DNA of 64,000 bases from Pseudogymnoascus verrucosus (taxonomy: Eukaryota). Positions within the stretch are counted from its first letter, which is position 1, and each line of letters starts with the position of its first letter. The translations under genes were made by a program, and so were the position numbers. Where the stretch lies: NCBI GenBank assembly GCA_001662655.1, contig KV460221.1. One strand, given 5' to 3'. Positions 35,857-48,223 of the stretch are shown piece after piece. The notes beneath the pieces are model-generated. The model did not search any database. It was not told the origin of the DNA and saw only the letters and a list, made by a program, of their open reading frames with translations.

Positions 35857-38800
35857 CTACTCATCATACTCCAGCGTCAGCGTCGTCGGGATCGGCGACT
35901 CATTAGCATTAGAATCCAGATAGTGCCTCATCTTCACCCCCGCAAACTCATGTTCCACAATCGAAAAGTGCCCCTGTCGTCCATTCGCCCTCCTCAAATT
36001 CTTCAACTTAAACACCTCCTTCAGCGTCGCCGCGAGCGACGCCCCAACCAACCTCGCGCCGAAGCAGAAGTGCAGCCCGTGGCCGAGGAGGATGTAATCC
36101 TTGAACGGGCGGTGGGGGTTCAGCTTCTCGGGGTTGGGGAACTGGATCGGGTCCATGGCCGCCTTGGAAGTGGCGACCAGGATGGTGTGGCCGGCCTTGA
36201 TGCTGATGGGGCCGCGAGAGCCGTCCATGATTGTGACGTCCTTGGAGGCGACGCGGGGGAGGCCGGGGACGACACCAGCGTGGCGCATACCCTCGAATAC
36301 GAAACCCTGGAGTTCTCTCTCGGATGCGGCGTCGTCTTTGTGGGATAGCTCGATAATGCGGTCCTTGTACTCTTCGTATCCCTCGCTGAGGTAGAGATCG
36401 ATGAGTAGGGAGGCTTGTTGGGTCAGGTTACCAGCAACTGGAGCTCCCATACCGATACAGTCGCCTACAAGATCACCAATAGGCAGCTTGGAGTCGTTGA
36501 GGGCGTGGTAGATTCTGTCAGCATCCGGGCCAACCTCGAACGCACTGCCCTTGGCGAGCCAGTCAACAATGCCTTCCTTGAAGCCTTGCTGGGTCTTCAG
36601 GTGGGCCTCGAAGATCGCTCTAAGGGCAGGGGCAGCCTTCATGGCACCCTCTCTCAACTTCCACTCATTTGCGGGAATGATGTTGAAGCTCTGGTACATG
36701 AAAAGGACAAGGTAAATCATGAACAGCTCTGGGACAGACATCAGGCCGTGTGGTGTGTGCTTCGTCTTGAGGGGAATGGCGAATCGCTCCGCAAGCCAAA
36801 GGATGGGGGTAACGTTGGTGACATCGCGGACAATATCAATCGACCTCCTCTTGCTCGAGTATTTCAACGACTTCTCCTTAATAAGCCTAGAGACATTGGT
36901 CCTGAAGAACTTTGTGAGGTTCGCCTCGAAGCCCTCTTCAAAAAAAACCTTGTGGAGAATGCTAGAGCGGGTGTCGTGGCGCTTAGCATCATCCCAGCCG
37001 ATCATGAAATCGTGTCCATCGGTACACTTGCGGATTGCCGCCTGGTACATAACACGGAAGTTCTCACGGTCCTCGAATACCTTCTTGCAGCCCTCGTGTG
37101 TGTGAATGCCAAGGACAACCTTGTCGCTAGCAGGTCTATCCAGGTCGTATTGGTCAATGACCTTGTTACCCTTCAGGATACCCTTTGCTGCGACCGGGGT
37201 ATAGAAGGGAAGGAGGACGTATGTAGACGTTCCCGTCCAAGCACCAGGAAGGGCATTGAACAGCAGATTAGGTAACATGCCGCCGTATGCTCCAGGTGGG
37301 ATGGCACCGAGTTTGGCGAATCCCCAGTTGGTCAGGGTGGTGCTGTTGAAATCGTAGCTGAGGAATCGGTCTCCACGGACGAGCGCAACGGCGTCATCGA
37401 GGATACCACGGCCCGTTGTGTGACCAGGGCAGACACCACTACCAGGCATAGCCGGCTTGGTGACTTCGGCCATGAGCCCAGGGTATAATTCAAGGTTCTC
37501 AATGTGGCCATACAGGAGCTCAGCAGCTCTGGCTGTCTCCTTGTCCGGGTTCCAGTCCTCAAAGTCCTCGTACGGCTTCAAGTTGAGGTAACGACGGAAT
37601 CTATCACAAATTTTAGTATGGGGTAACTGTGCCCACCTCCATGGAATAACTCACTCGTTCATCGTGCAAACATTAAACATCTCTCTCGCCTGCAGCTGTC
37701 CCATGATATCAACAATCTTCAAACTAGCGGGAGTGCCGTGTGCACCAAAGGCGTGGGCTGGCTCTTCGATACAATCCTTGATAATCTCCGCAAGGTCGAC
37801 GTCGTTGAATCTTCCATCTGGCCCACGCTGGAGACCGCCAAACGTCCACTCCTTTGGCGGAGTAGACATGAGCTTGTGCCCCTCGGTCATCATGACCTTC
37901 TTGAAATCTGCAGCGCTGACATCGTCAATCGACTGGAGATCTGGGATGTGCCTGCGTATAACGTCTTCCATCCACTTGTCATCAGCGGCGCTGAGGGCCG
38001 CGTGCCAATGGTAGAGGACGGCGAATTCTACGGAGACCACATTTCCGGAGCCTCGCTCAAGTCGCTGTCCGCCATTCTTGATCTCACCACCGAGGTCTAG
38101 AGACCAGACCGAATCGGCCCGTGGGGTGTTGAGAATGGCCGCAACGTAATCCTTTAGCACCACCGACGCAAAGAAGCCTACATTGATGTTACGGGTAAGC
38201 TGGAAAAGATCCTCATCTTGCCTAAAATGCACATGTTAAGATATGTTCCATAAATGCCCGAGAATAAGAAGCTTACCAAGCCTTCTGCTCGTCATCAAGG
38301 CTGGCCCAGTCCTTGTACTTGCCGCCCTCGTTAACTGACAGCAGGTTCTCCGCAATATGGTTGTGGTTTCTCGAGAACATCAACAGGACGGCCACTACAC
38401 CTGGTGGCATCATCATGATTCTCTCCGACGCCAATGAGTCGGGGAAAATCCTTCCTTGCTCATAGGTTCTCACGCGCTTCTGCTCGTTTGCGTTATTTCC
38501 GTAAATAGTGCTCAGATCAACGTAGCTCGAGGTCTCGTTGATCAATGGGTTAGTTCGCGAGGTTTGGAAGCACTCGTGGATGACAACCGTGGCGAAGGAG
38601 AAGAACAGCCTGTTCAGCCCAGAGGGGTGCTCGCGGAAAGGTCCCGTTCTCTTCAAGAGCTGGTCAAAAACAAGCTCTGGGTCTGGGAGATTAGGTCCCT
38701 TAGGCTTCATGGGAGGTACGCTGCGGGAATATGGCGACCCGGCCTTGCCCATCTCTGGGATCCACGGGTTGTTGCCGCTGCCGTCAGGCTGTCTGTAGCG

Positions 38801-39157
38801 GGCTGTTGGGCCAGCGGTTGTGGGAGGAGGATGTGGCAGGTCTTTCCACAGCATGCCAATGAAGTTATTGGAGATGGTCTCACTGAGGCCGCTGTTGGTT
38901 GGGAGGGATTGGAGCATGGCGACGCCCTTCTCTAATAACAGATCCTTATCGTCCATAGGCTCTCCCGACGCAAGAGTGGTGATGGCCTCCGCCACTGTCC
39001 TTGTGTTCTTGAGACCAAGGTGTGTGAGATCATGAATGATGGAGGTCTTCTCCTCCATGGGCCTCCCGTACGCCTGCTCGTCTGTCTTGCCATCGGGGGC
39101 GCGAGAAGGCTTCCTCCGAATTGAGCCCAGCAGTGTCTTGAACTGACTAGGAGCCAT
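35857..39157 (-). CDS. Heme peroxidase (fatty-acid dioxygenase)-cytochrome P450 fusion, Ppo / linoleate diol synthase-like, 3 exons
   Basis: 'YRQPDGSGNNP..P.MGKAGSPYSRSV', 'LPDPELVFD.L', 'VIHECF', 'SSYVDLS..YG', 'EFAVLYHWH', 'LELYPGL', 'DAVALVRGDRF'; C-terminal 'FEGMR' (ExxR) and 'GHGLHFCFG' heme-thiolate motif. Confidence 0.92.
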
Positions 39158-41807
39158 TGCGAGATTAGGGTTGAGGCAATGAACCTCGATTTGATATTAG
39201 GGAGTTTAGATGACGGATAATAGTAAAGAGGAAAGGAAGAGGGTTTAGAGAAGCTTCAGATGGACTTGGGGAGAGAGAAGGAGAAATGGTCAGGTTGAGG
39301 GAGAGAAGAAATGAAGGTGGCAGGGTCTGAGGATGCGCCTTGGGGACTGCGCTGATTGGGGGATGGAAGGGGGTTCATTGATGGGAAGGCGGGAGGAGGG
39401 GGGGAGCTTCAAAGATCGGCAGGTGATGCGGTGACGGGGTGACGAGGTGGGGACGGAGTTTGCATGGATGGTGCAGATGCAATGCAGATGCGGACGCGGA
39501 AGCAGATGCAGACGAACCAGGGCTTGTGACAGTCACTGGTAGAGAGAATTGGTGGTGTCAAGTACTGACAAAACACAGGACAGGGCAGGAAGGCCTGTAG
39601 CACGATGAGCAGCGTGAGCAGCATTAAAAACGTGAGCAACGCGAGCAAGATGAAGTGAGATGCTCATAGTGGCTGGCTGAGGCGGCTGTGTAGTCAGCAC
39701 TGTATAGTACTCACTATATTGTGCTTACTTTAACACAGTTAGACACAGTCATATCACACCGTCATACTAGACACAGTAAGACTTTGTGCTGGCTGAAAGC
39801 GGCGAGGAGCGAGGCTATTCGACGGCATGGTGGTGTGGTGGAGTGTGGTGGTGGTGTTACACATATTTGATAGCCCTAGCAGAGTCGTCCAGCATTGTGA
39901 AAATACGACCGGGGTGATTTCTATTAGAGACTTTTTTATTGGATAGGGAGTATTGGGAGCAGCAGCAAGGGGGTTTCATTTGGGAAGGGACGCTGAAGGT
40001 TTGTAGCACCACTAACCCTACTTGTACTCCGTGTATTCTTTCCGTATTCTTTCCGTGTACAGTACTCTCCGTCGAGTATACTCGGTATAAATCGCCTACT
40101 AGAGTATATATTGTGCTCACAATGTGGTTTGTGTCTCTGCAAACCCTTGAACAGTGCTACAACTCAGTATTACAATTACACCGCTGAGACTGACTCCGGT
40201 GGAGATACCGAGCTAGAGCTGTGCTTGGCCCGAGTGCTTGTCACCGTACTACTCTCTGCCCTGCTCGTCTACCATTGGACCCTCCTCTATTGGGCGTCAC
40301 GGAAAGACGGATATGGAAATGCAAATATCCGAAGCGAGGGCGTGCATATACTATATTGTACTATATTGCTCTGCATCCCTCGCCCCTGTATGTGTGTGTG
40401 TGGTTGTGTTTATGTGTGTGTATAGATGTTGTGCACAAAGAGCGAACGGCGGATACATACATTCCCGTCCTTAGGAAGCTTCAAATCTGATTTTTTCACC
40501 GAAATTATCTCCAGCTTCCGCTATACGAAGATCTTTTACTGTAAACAAACCTGTAAACAAACGAAACAACTACCGTAGCGTATATGATATGGAGTAACCA
40601 CCCACTTCTTCCTAAAGGGGTAAGTGTGGCTTGCATTGTCGGGAGCTGACCTGTCTCGATTTGGCTCAGAGAAGATCCGATCCAAGCCAATTACGTCTTA
40701 GCCTACCTCGGCGCCATCCCTGGTGCGGATCGCAACCTTAAACCTTCTTAGTCCCGCCTGGGCCCTTCAAATCCCTAGTAACCCCTTCTAGTCCCAGCAG
40801 TCTAGGCAGTTCAAGCACTTCTCAGCCCGACCGGACGGGCCCGAATATCATCCTAATCAAGTAATTCAGCCGTTGATTATCTATAATTTTGCTACCTCCG
40901 AACCCCTCTACTTCATCATGAAATTTCTCAATGGGACAGGACTTGCCGGAATGAAACTCGTCTCTATACGATCGACGCGCCGAGCACAGCGGCATAAACG
41001 ACTCACAGCGAATCGGAGCTTCAGTATACAGACCTGCCTTGCTTTTGTACCACGGATGTACTGACGTACCAAGTAGACTGACTGATTCATATGATTCACT
41101 CCGTGCGCGTAGCCCTGTTGCTGAGTGGACACCGCTGCAGGTGGCGTCGTATCGCGCCCATCGATATTGGATTCTTCTCAGCCCGCTCCATGCGGGCGAC
41201 AATGCCCGTTTCCGACTGGATGGGTTCCTCATCAGACGGTGCACCCTCAATACCCCACCGACTCGGGGTGTGATGGAGCTATTGCGGGGCTCATCTCTCC
41301 TTTGCTCCATTGGAAGTCACTACTATGCTAATCCACCGCCTAGCTCTCGCACTTTGGTCGTTGCGGCAGCACGTGCGGGTACGGGCCGCATTAACTGAGA
41401 CAAGATCGCTGGAGAGGATCATAACTGGTTGGCGATCCTACTCCGAGTTTGTCAAGACATGAACTCCAATTGTACCGAGCGAGCGAGCGAACAGCCTTGC
41501 TGACAACGCGATTCGGCGCGAAGAAGATGCTCCTCCGCAATCGCCCCCCCGCGACTTGCCCCAGATCATCATAACATTCCAAGGAAAATACAGGCGCTTC
41601 TTCTTGTATGCTCCGTTCAGGCAACCGGCTGGCCGATATTGTTTGGTGTGGTGCTCTGTTTGCCCCTAGAAACTTTATATTGTCATTTTGAGCCCGAGTT
41701 GAGTTGTACAGACAAAGCTCGCCGGCACCCACTATCATCTCTCGTCCAACCACTGTTTATCTTAAGAAGGGCGACATCCTACTCGTCTTCCTCAGTCGCA
41801 CAGCACA

Positions 41808-43583
41808 ATGAACGGCCACGCTACGAATGTCCCCTGGAGGCAGAAGTTTTACCCCTCTCAAACATGCGCCGAACAGGTGCTGAACTATAAGTCGCTGGCG
41901 CCACCGGTTGAAGAACCAAGACCGGACCTGCCGCCTTCAATAAGAGCCGTTCGAAACCCAGACCAGTCAAGCCCGGGCGGCCGTACCATCATCATCTGCC
42001 TTGATGGCACCGGCGACCAGTTCGATGGCGACAACAGCAATGTAGTCAATTTTGTCGCGACATTGAAGAAAGATGACCCCAACCAACTCACATACTATCA
42101 ATCTGGCATTGGCACCTACGATGGGCGGGGGCTGAAGAGTGGAATCTCCGCGCTTATCGACATGGCAGTTGGCAGTGGTCTCGGGACTCACGTTAAAGAT
42201 GCGTACCGCTTCATTATGGAGAACTACCTTGAGGGAGACAAGATATGCCTTCTGGGGTTTTCGAGAGGCGCATATACCGTGCGCTGCCTTGCCGGTATGC
42301 TGCACAAGGTTGGCCTGCTGCCAAAGCAAAACAGCGCCCAAGTCGCCTTCGCCTATCGCTTCTACAGGAATGACACCGCGGAGGGTTGGAAGATGAGCGC
42401 TGAGTTCAAGAAGACATTCTGCACCAATGTCCAGGTGCATTTCGTGGGGTTGTGGGACTGCGTCGCCAGTGTCGGTTTCATCCCGAGAACGCTACCTTTC
42501 AGCAAGACTCCAACAAATACGATCCGCCACTTCCGCCATGCCATGGCCCTAGATGAGCACAGGGCTAAATTCAAAGTATGCCAGTGGCAACATCAGGATG
42601 TAGTCGTCGATCCGGCCAAAATAACGGTCAAGGTCGAGTCGAGGCCGAATCGGCCCCGCCAGATGCCCACGGCTACTTCCAACCCAGAACAACTCACCTC
42701 CCTGCAAAACGGTGTTCTGAAGCGGTCATCGAGCACTCCCGACTTCAAACTCAAGCGATCGTTGACTTCGCCGATTGACTTTATGGGGAAAACACTCAAA
42801 GTGGCTCAGGATGACAAAGACCAGAAACGGATCCGACTAGAGAAGCAGTTTGAAAAAGACGACCGCTCTGTGCACGAGCATATCAAGACTGACACCCTCG
42901 AGGTCTGGTTCACAGGCGCCCATGCCGATGTTGGTGGGGGCGCAGTACCGAACGAGGAGCGCCATATGCTCTCGCGCATCCCTCTACGCTGGATGATCCG
43001 ACAGTGCTTCGAATGCGAAACTGGGATTATCTTCAACACGGCTCCGCTAGCAGAAACCGGCATTGACGTTCTGACCGTCTGGCCCATCTACAAGACGCCG
43101 ACGAAACCCGTCGTCGGGCCTTCGCCAATCATGGTGGGTCAGTACGAGGAGAAGAAGCTCCCTCCTCTCAGACGCCGCTCCACTGCTCTTGGGTTGGAAA
43201 AGGATTACGAGGACATGGGCAACGACGAAAAACGAGAGATTATCGCTAACGACATCATGAACGAAGCCGAGAGACTGCAGTACCAAGCAGACATGCTTCC
43301 CGAGCACGTCGAGGACCACTTCGATGCCATGGCCGCCATCAACGACCAGCTCGTGCTAGCGAAGAGTTGGTGGGTTCTCGAGTTCTGGCCTGTCAAGGTG
43401 CGTTTACAGAAGAAGCATACGGAGGAGTGGGAGAAGGTCGTAAGGTGGAACCTGGGCCGGTACAGACCGATTCGAGAGGAGGAGCCGAAGATGCATTGGA
43501 CGGTGCAGATGAGGATGAATGATAAGGCTTATAGGATTAGGAATAGGGTGGATATCAATGCGATTTGGCAGGTCGCTACATGA
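41808..43583 (+). CDS. DUF2235 (Tle1-like alpha/beta hydrolase) protein
   Basis: 'IICLDGTG', 'YYQSGIGT', 'GFSRGAYTVR.LAGML.KVGLL', 'WDCVASVG', 'RHAMALDEHR..F', 'EVWFTGAHADVGGG'. Confidence 0.92.
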   Translation: MNGHATNVPWRQKFYPSQTCAEQVLNYKSLAPPVEEPRPDLPPSIRAVRNPDQSSPGGRTIIICLDGTGDQFDGDNSNVVNFVATLKKDDPNQLTYYQSGIGTYDGRGLKSGISALIDMAVGSGLGTHVKDAYRFIMENYLEGDKICLLGFSRGAYTVRCLAGMLHKVGLLPKQNSAQVAFAYRFYRNDTAEGWKMSAEFKKTFCTNVQVHFVGLWDCVASVGFIPRTLPFSKTPTNTIRHFRHAMALDEHRAKFKVCQWQHQDVVVDPAKITVKVESRPNRPRQMPTATSNPEQLTSLQNGVLKRSSSTPDFKLKRSLTSPIDFMGKTLKVAQDDKDQKRIRLEKQFEKDDRSVHEHIKTDTLEVWFTGAHADVGGGAVPNEERHMLSRIPLRWMIRQCFECETGIIFNTAPLAETGIDVLTVWPIYKTPTKPVVGPSPIMVGQYEEKKLPPLRRRSTALGLEKDYEDMGNDEKREIIANDIMNEAERLQYQADMLPEHVEDHFDAMAAINDQLVLAKSWWVLEFWPVKVRLQKKHTEEWEKVVRWNLGRYRPIREEEPKMHWTVQMRMNDKAYRIRNRVDINAIWQVAT

Positions 43584-44172
43584 GAACTTCCAGGGTGTTT
43601 TTTTTGTATTTGTTGGGGGAGTAACGGATGCGGACATAATAAAAATACGAGAGAAATAGTTAATTCAGTTCGAAAGGTTTGCATAATATAGGAGAGGGTT
43701 CTCAATATAGTGAGCATAGAATATAAAACTTCAACCCAATAAGAATGACCATCGTTGCCATACCAAGTATGTCATTGTCCCTAGTACCGGCAGTTGTGGT
43801 TATATAGCCGGCAAATGTATAATACGACTTACCCGGGATTGAGGCGTCACTTGACTGTAATGCTTAATTTTCCTTGGAGCGGAATGTTAAATTCGGCTGA
43901 TCTTTTGATCTTCTCAAGGAATCATGGCTGAAATCCCACCAATTCCGTTTAGAGATGCGGGGAAGCAAGAACTGAGCCTGGCAGGATTGACCCGAGTATA
44001 GTGTTAATATTTGTGATGTTTCAATTACATTGGCAGATACGATGTCAATTTGAAGCAAAGACATGTGCTTGCTTGCTTGCTTGCCTGTCTATATATGTAT
44101 GGCTCTCTTCTTGATAGATTTGAGTTGTCCCTCGATGAAGGCCAACCAAAAATTATAAATCCAGAATTAATC

Positions 44173-45025
44173 ATGTTACGCCTAACTCTCACCGCAGCGC
44201 TCCTCCTCCCCGTTTCTTTCGCGGCCTCCTTATTACCTCGCGATGGCTACAAAATCCCAAGCACATCCTTCGACTCACAAACCACCTTCAACACCTACTG
44301 GGCCTACAACTACCCTTGGGGAACCGATCATAATGGCGCAGCACGCATGGCAAGCTCGCAGGTCAAAGTCGGAGGCGGCCAGGTAACCCTAACCGCCGCC
44401 CCAACAACCGGCCAAGCTCCCACCAGCGGCGGCCTCGCAATCCACTATCTCTCCGGCACCATATACGCCAAGGAATACTTTACCGTCGCTGCGAATGGGG
44501 GGTACGATTTCACTGGTGACTTCCTCGCATCGACGGCTAAGGGGACGTGGCCTGCTTTCTGGCTTACGGGGGCGAATTCATGGCCTCCTGAGATTGATTT
44601 GGCGGAGTGGAAGGGGAGTGGGAAGATCTCATTTAACAGTTTGGGAATCAATAATCAGTGGATTACGAAGGATGTGGCGTATAATTCTGGGAGCTGGCAT
44701 ACGTTGAAGATGGAGGTTAGGGATCTGAATGGTGTTGATGTGCAGACGAAGTTTTATATGGATGGCGTTTTGCAGGCAACGCAGACGGGTAATGCGATGG
44801 TTGGGAAACCGTTTTGGCTGTATGAGTTTCTCCGTGGTGTGGCTTATGTTTTCATTGCTAATTTAGCTTTTAGGATCATGGATTATCAGATGGAGGGTTC
44901 GTCTGGATCTCCTGGACCGACGTCGAGTATGATAACCTCCCCAAAGCTTGTAGTTCAACTGCTGATTATTCATAGGCACCACGTTTGCACTCAAGGGGTT
45001 TACTGCTTATAGTTACAACGATTAG
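44173..45025 (+). CDS. Secreted GH16-like (ConA-like fold) glycoside hydrolase, 2 introns
   Basis: Signal peptide, 'YNYPWGTDHNG.ARM', 'GTWPAFWL', catalytic 'WPPEIDLAE', 'DYQMEGSSG'. Confidence 0.88.
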
Positions 45026-45321
45026 TCCTATTTTATATCCCAAGTTAGGAACGAATAACATGACAGACTGTGTGTCATCCAAGTGGAAGCTCTAGCTAAT
45101 GAGACACTCGTTGTGTAACGTTTTTTATCAGCTTAACTAGAACCAACTTCGCGCCGTGTACGACGATGCACAATATTCATTTTTGTTTTGTGAAATGTAA
45201 ATCCTGCAGCAAGCATTGTGTGACTATTATTTATCATGAACTGGTCTCACTCATTGTTTCAACTCACCCCGTCGATTCGCCATTACGTGACCTACATCTC
45301 TCACATTCTTCAACAATTAAG

Positions 45322-45898
45322 ATGTTGCCTAACCACCTTAAAATAGCTCTAGTATACGACTCACGCTCGACATACCGTGAGCTCGGATACTCAGAAATAG
45401 ACTGCGCAGATCTTGGTCTTGACGAGGAGACGCCAGTTATTTCTGCTGCTCTTGAACACCATGACCACCATGTCACCCTAATTCCAGGCATCAAGCCGCT
45501 GGTCCAGCAGTTGGCCATTGGGAGGGCTACAGAATGGGACTTGGTCTTCAATGTATCGGAGGGTTTTTACGGAACTGCAAGGGAGTCGCAGGTCCCAGGG
45601 CTCCTCGAGGCATATCAGATTCCGTATACATTTTCAGATGCGGCAACATCAGCACTATGTTTAGAGAAAGGGAGAACAAAGCTACTGTTCTCTTCAATTC
45701 TTTATTAAGTTATAGGCTAACGCAAGACACAGATAATTCTAGAGCATCACAAGATTAAATCCCATCGCAGGTCTCACACCAGGAGACTATTCCTCATTAC
45801 CAGCGTGTGCTGCAGCAAACGGCATTTCGTTTGATGATTTGATAGCTCAAATCGTCGATAGTGCGATTAAAAGGACACATAATCATAAACTATTATGA
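45322..45898 (+). pseudogene. D-alanine-D-alanine ligase-like (ATP-grasp) gene remnant with central deletion
   Basis: N-terminus 'WDLVFNVSEG.YG.ARESQVPGLLEAYQIPYTFSDA....LCLEKGRTK'; expected GT donor reads CT; 'IILEHHKI' abuts out-of-frame C-terminal 'NPIAGLTP...SSLP..A...GISFDDLI.QIV.SA'. Confidence 0.8.
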
Positions 45899-46288
45899 TC
45901 CATAGTTACAAATGAAGCGATTCATTGATGGGATTTTTATACTCAAGCTACAACTTGATCTCTCCCAGGTGTGGTATTATATGACAACCTGGCATCCTGG
46001 TACTCTTGGGGTGCATGCCTTGCCCCTTGGCCTGCCCGCTCACCCCAAAGTGTTTGGTATCGCAGCGTTTCATGCAGACCCTCACCGTTGGCACATTATC
46101 TACGCCATACAGTCAAATCTGCAATAAACATCACACTGGCTTTGCCAGATGATAGAACCGAGGTATCGAACCGGTTTCATGCCGCCACTAGTCCCTCCCT
46201 CACCGCCAAATGGTCCTCTTATAAAGTCAAATACAACGCCTGAATGTGCCTGGGTATCATACGCCGAATTGTTACGGGTGTGCTTCTT

Positions 46289-46811
46289 TCACGCCGAAGG
46301 TGTCTCGTGTACCACCACGAGCAGGTATTTCGAATCAGGAACAATGACCAGCTCGTACTTTTTTGTTCGTAATCGTAGCAGTTTAACTTCGTCCTGTAGT
46401 TCCCCGTCAGCAGTAATCGCTTGGTCATGAGAGGCCATCCTTACCTGTTCATCGAGGCCTTGGACCAGATCTTTCGTGGCGTTCATGTAGTTCCAGACCA
46501 TGCCGGCCAGCTCGTCGACCCCATTTTGGTCCTTAGGGCCAGACGAAGCGTCGTCAGGAACGGCTGCTGGGACTGATTGGCTAGACCCTGAAGTAGATCG
46601 AATCGAAGACAACGTGCCAGATGTGTTCAGTATCGAGCCGCTGGTTCGGTCCAGGACAATAGTTGCCAACACTCCCGTCTTCTTCGAAAGGCGGTCCAGC
46701 GATTCTATGAACTGGTCCGAGGAATTTGATCCCTTGCGCTCGTCAGCTTACAGCCAGATAAATTAAGAGGTAGAAGGCATTTACAGTGCCCAATGGCAGT
46801 GATTGCGCCAT
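46289..46811 (-). CDS. Roadblock/LC7 domain protein (dynein light chain roadblock-related)
   Basis: 'LDRLSKKTGVLATIVLDR..GSIL', 'DEVKLLRLRTKKYELVIVPDSKYLLVVVH'; short first exon MAQSLPLGT plus intron. Confidence 0.85.
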
Positions 46812-46992
46812 TATCCCGGGTGTGAGGTGGTGATGTTCGGCGAGGCTCTGGAGCTTCTTGGGACTCCACTCCACCATACCCCAAAATCAGGCTCACAGAC
46901 GAGGCGCAAGGCAGCAACATCGCAAGGCTGAAAAATATAACCACCACGAAAAGCAGGACTTGCAATTATTACTTGATCATACAACAAACAAA

Positions 46993-48223
46993 ATGGGTTC
47001 CAGTGCTAGAAAAAAGGCCGAAAAGAAGAAGGACTTCAAGGTAATACTTCGGTATCCAACTAATAAATACTGAGGAGAGTTTCCTAACGAAATGCCGCAC
47101 AGAAACCGAAGTTGCGTGTTGGAAAAACCAAAGCAAAGCCGGATAATTTCACAGACACCAGCTTCAAATCCCGATGTAAGCTCATATTTTATTATTAAAC
47201 TCCATTTTTTGCAAATCGCAAACGAATTATGCATTCTCGGCATTCAGAAAATGCACTTCTTTCCTGATCGATGCCGCAACTTCTCAACATCAGGATGCTT
47301 ACCATGTAATAGCCATCACTATCAACCAGCAATCCCTCACGACCTCTGCACCCGCTTCTTCCGTCCAATTCGAGCATTACCTCTCTCTCGCCTCTTCCTC
47401 CAAGTCCGACGCCCAACGGCGAGATGCCTTATCCTACCTCATCACACAAGTCTCGTCCCAACCAGTCAACGCACCGATACCAGTCTCTGCCGCGATCATG
47501 CTCCCAAAGCTATACCCCTTGATACTCGACGGCTCACAATCAGTACGGACACAGCTGCTGAAATTCTTACGTCTCCTCCCAGCAAAGGATGTTGGTGACC
47601 TAGCCGAGTTTGCGCTTCTCTACGTCAGAGCTGGCATGACCCATCTCGCCGTGGAGATCCGCAACGACGCCCTGTCGGTACTAGAATGGCTGGTGGAAAC
47701 AGCGCCAGAAGCCATCGTCTCTTGCCCCGGCGGCTGGTACAAGACCCTCGATTCATTCATGCGGATGATGGGCTGGGCCATCAGCGTGGGCTCAACGAAA
47801 TGGTCCGCAGCAGCCAAGGTCACATTCGGGAAGGGCGGGAAGTCGTTTCCAAGGCAGATTACGGTTCTTGCTCAGTTCCTGAAAGCCGGTCTGGCCAGGA
47901 TGGCCACTGAGGAGTTGTTCCAGCGCGGGAGCTGCTTTCCGTTATGGGATGCAGATATACATGTCATCCCCGTGCAGGCGAGTCCCTTTGCCCACTTGAA
48001 CCTATTCGGGCCGGGACGAGATGAGGAGAGCGAGATGTACACGGAGCGGGAGAGCAGGCAGCGGGTTTTCCGTCTGCGTTTCCAGACGTCAGTCGATAAG
48101 GGGATTGAGAGCGCAAAGAAGGAGGGGGGAGAGATGGGGAGAGCGGGGTCGATCCTTGGAAAAGTTGTCACGGAATCAATGGATGATTATGATGAGATGG
48201 GCAATCCAACGGATCACTCATGA
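46993..48223 (+). CDS. IPI1: Pre-rRNA-processing protein Ipi1 (Rix1 complex)
   Basis: 'MGSSARKKAEKKKDFK|KPKLRVGKTKAKPDNFTDTSFKSR|..I.QQSL', 'PLILDGS.SVRTQLLK', 'RAGMTHL', 'KKEGGE.GRA'; 2 introns. Confidence 0.93.
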
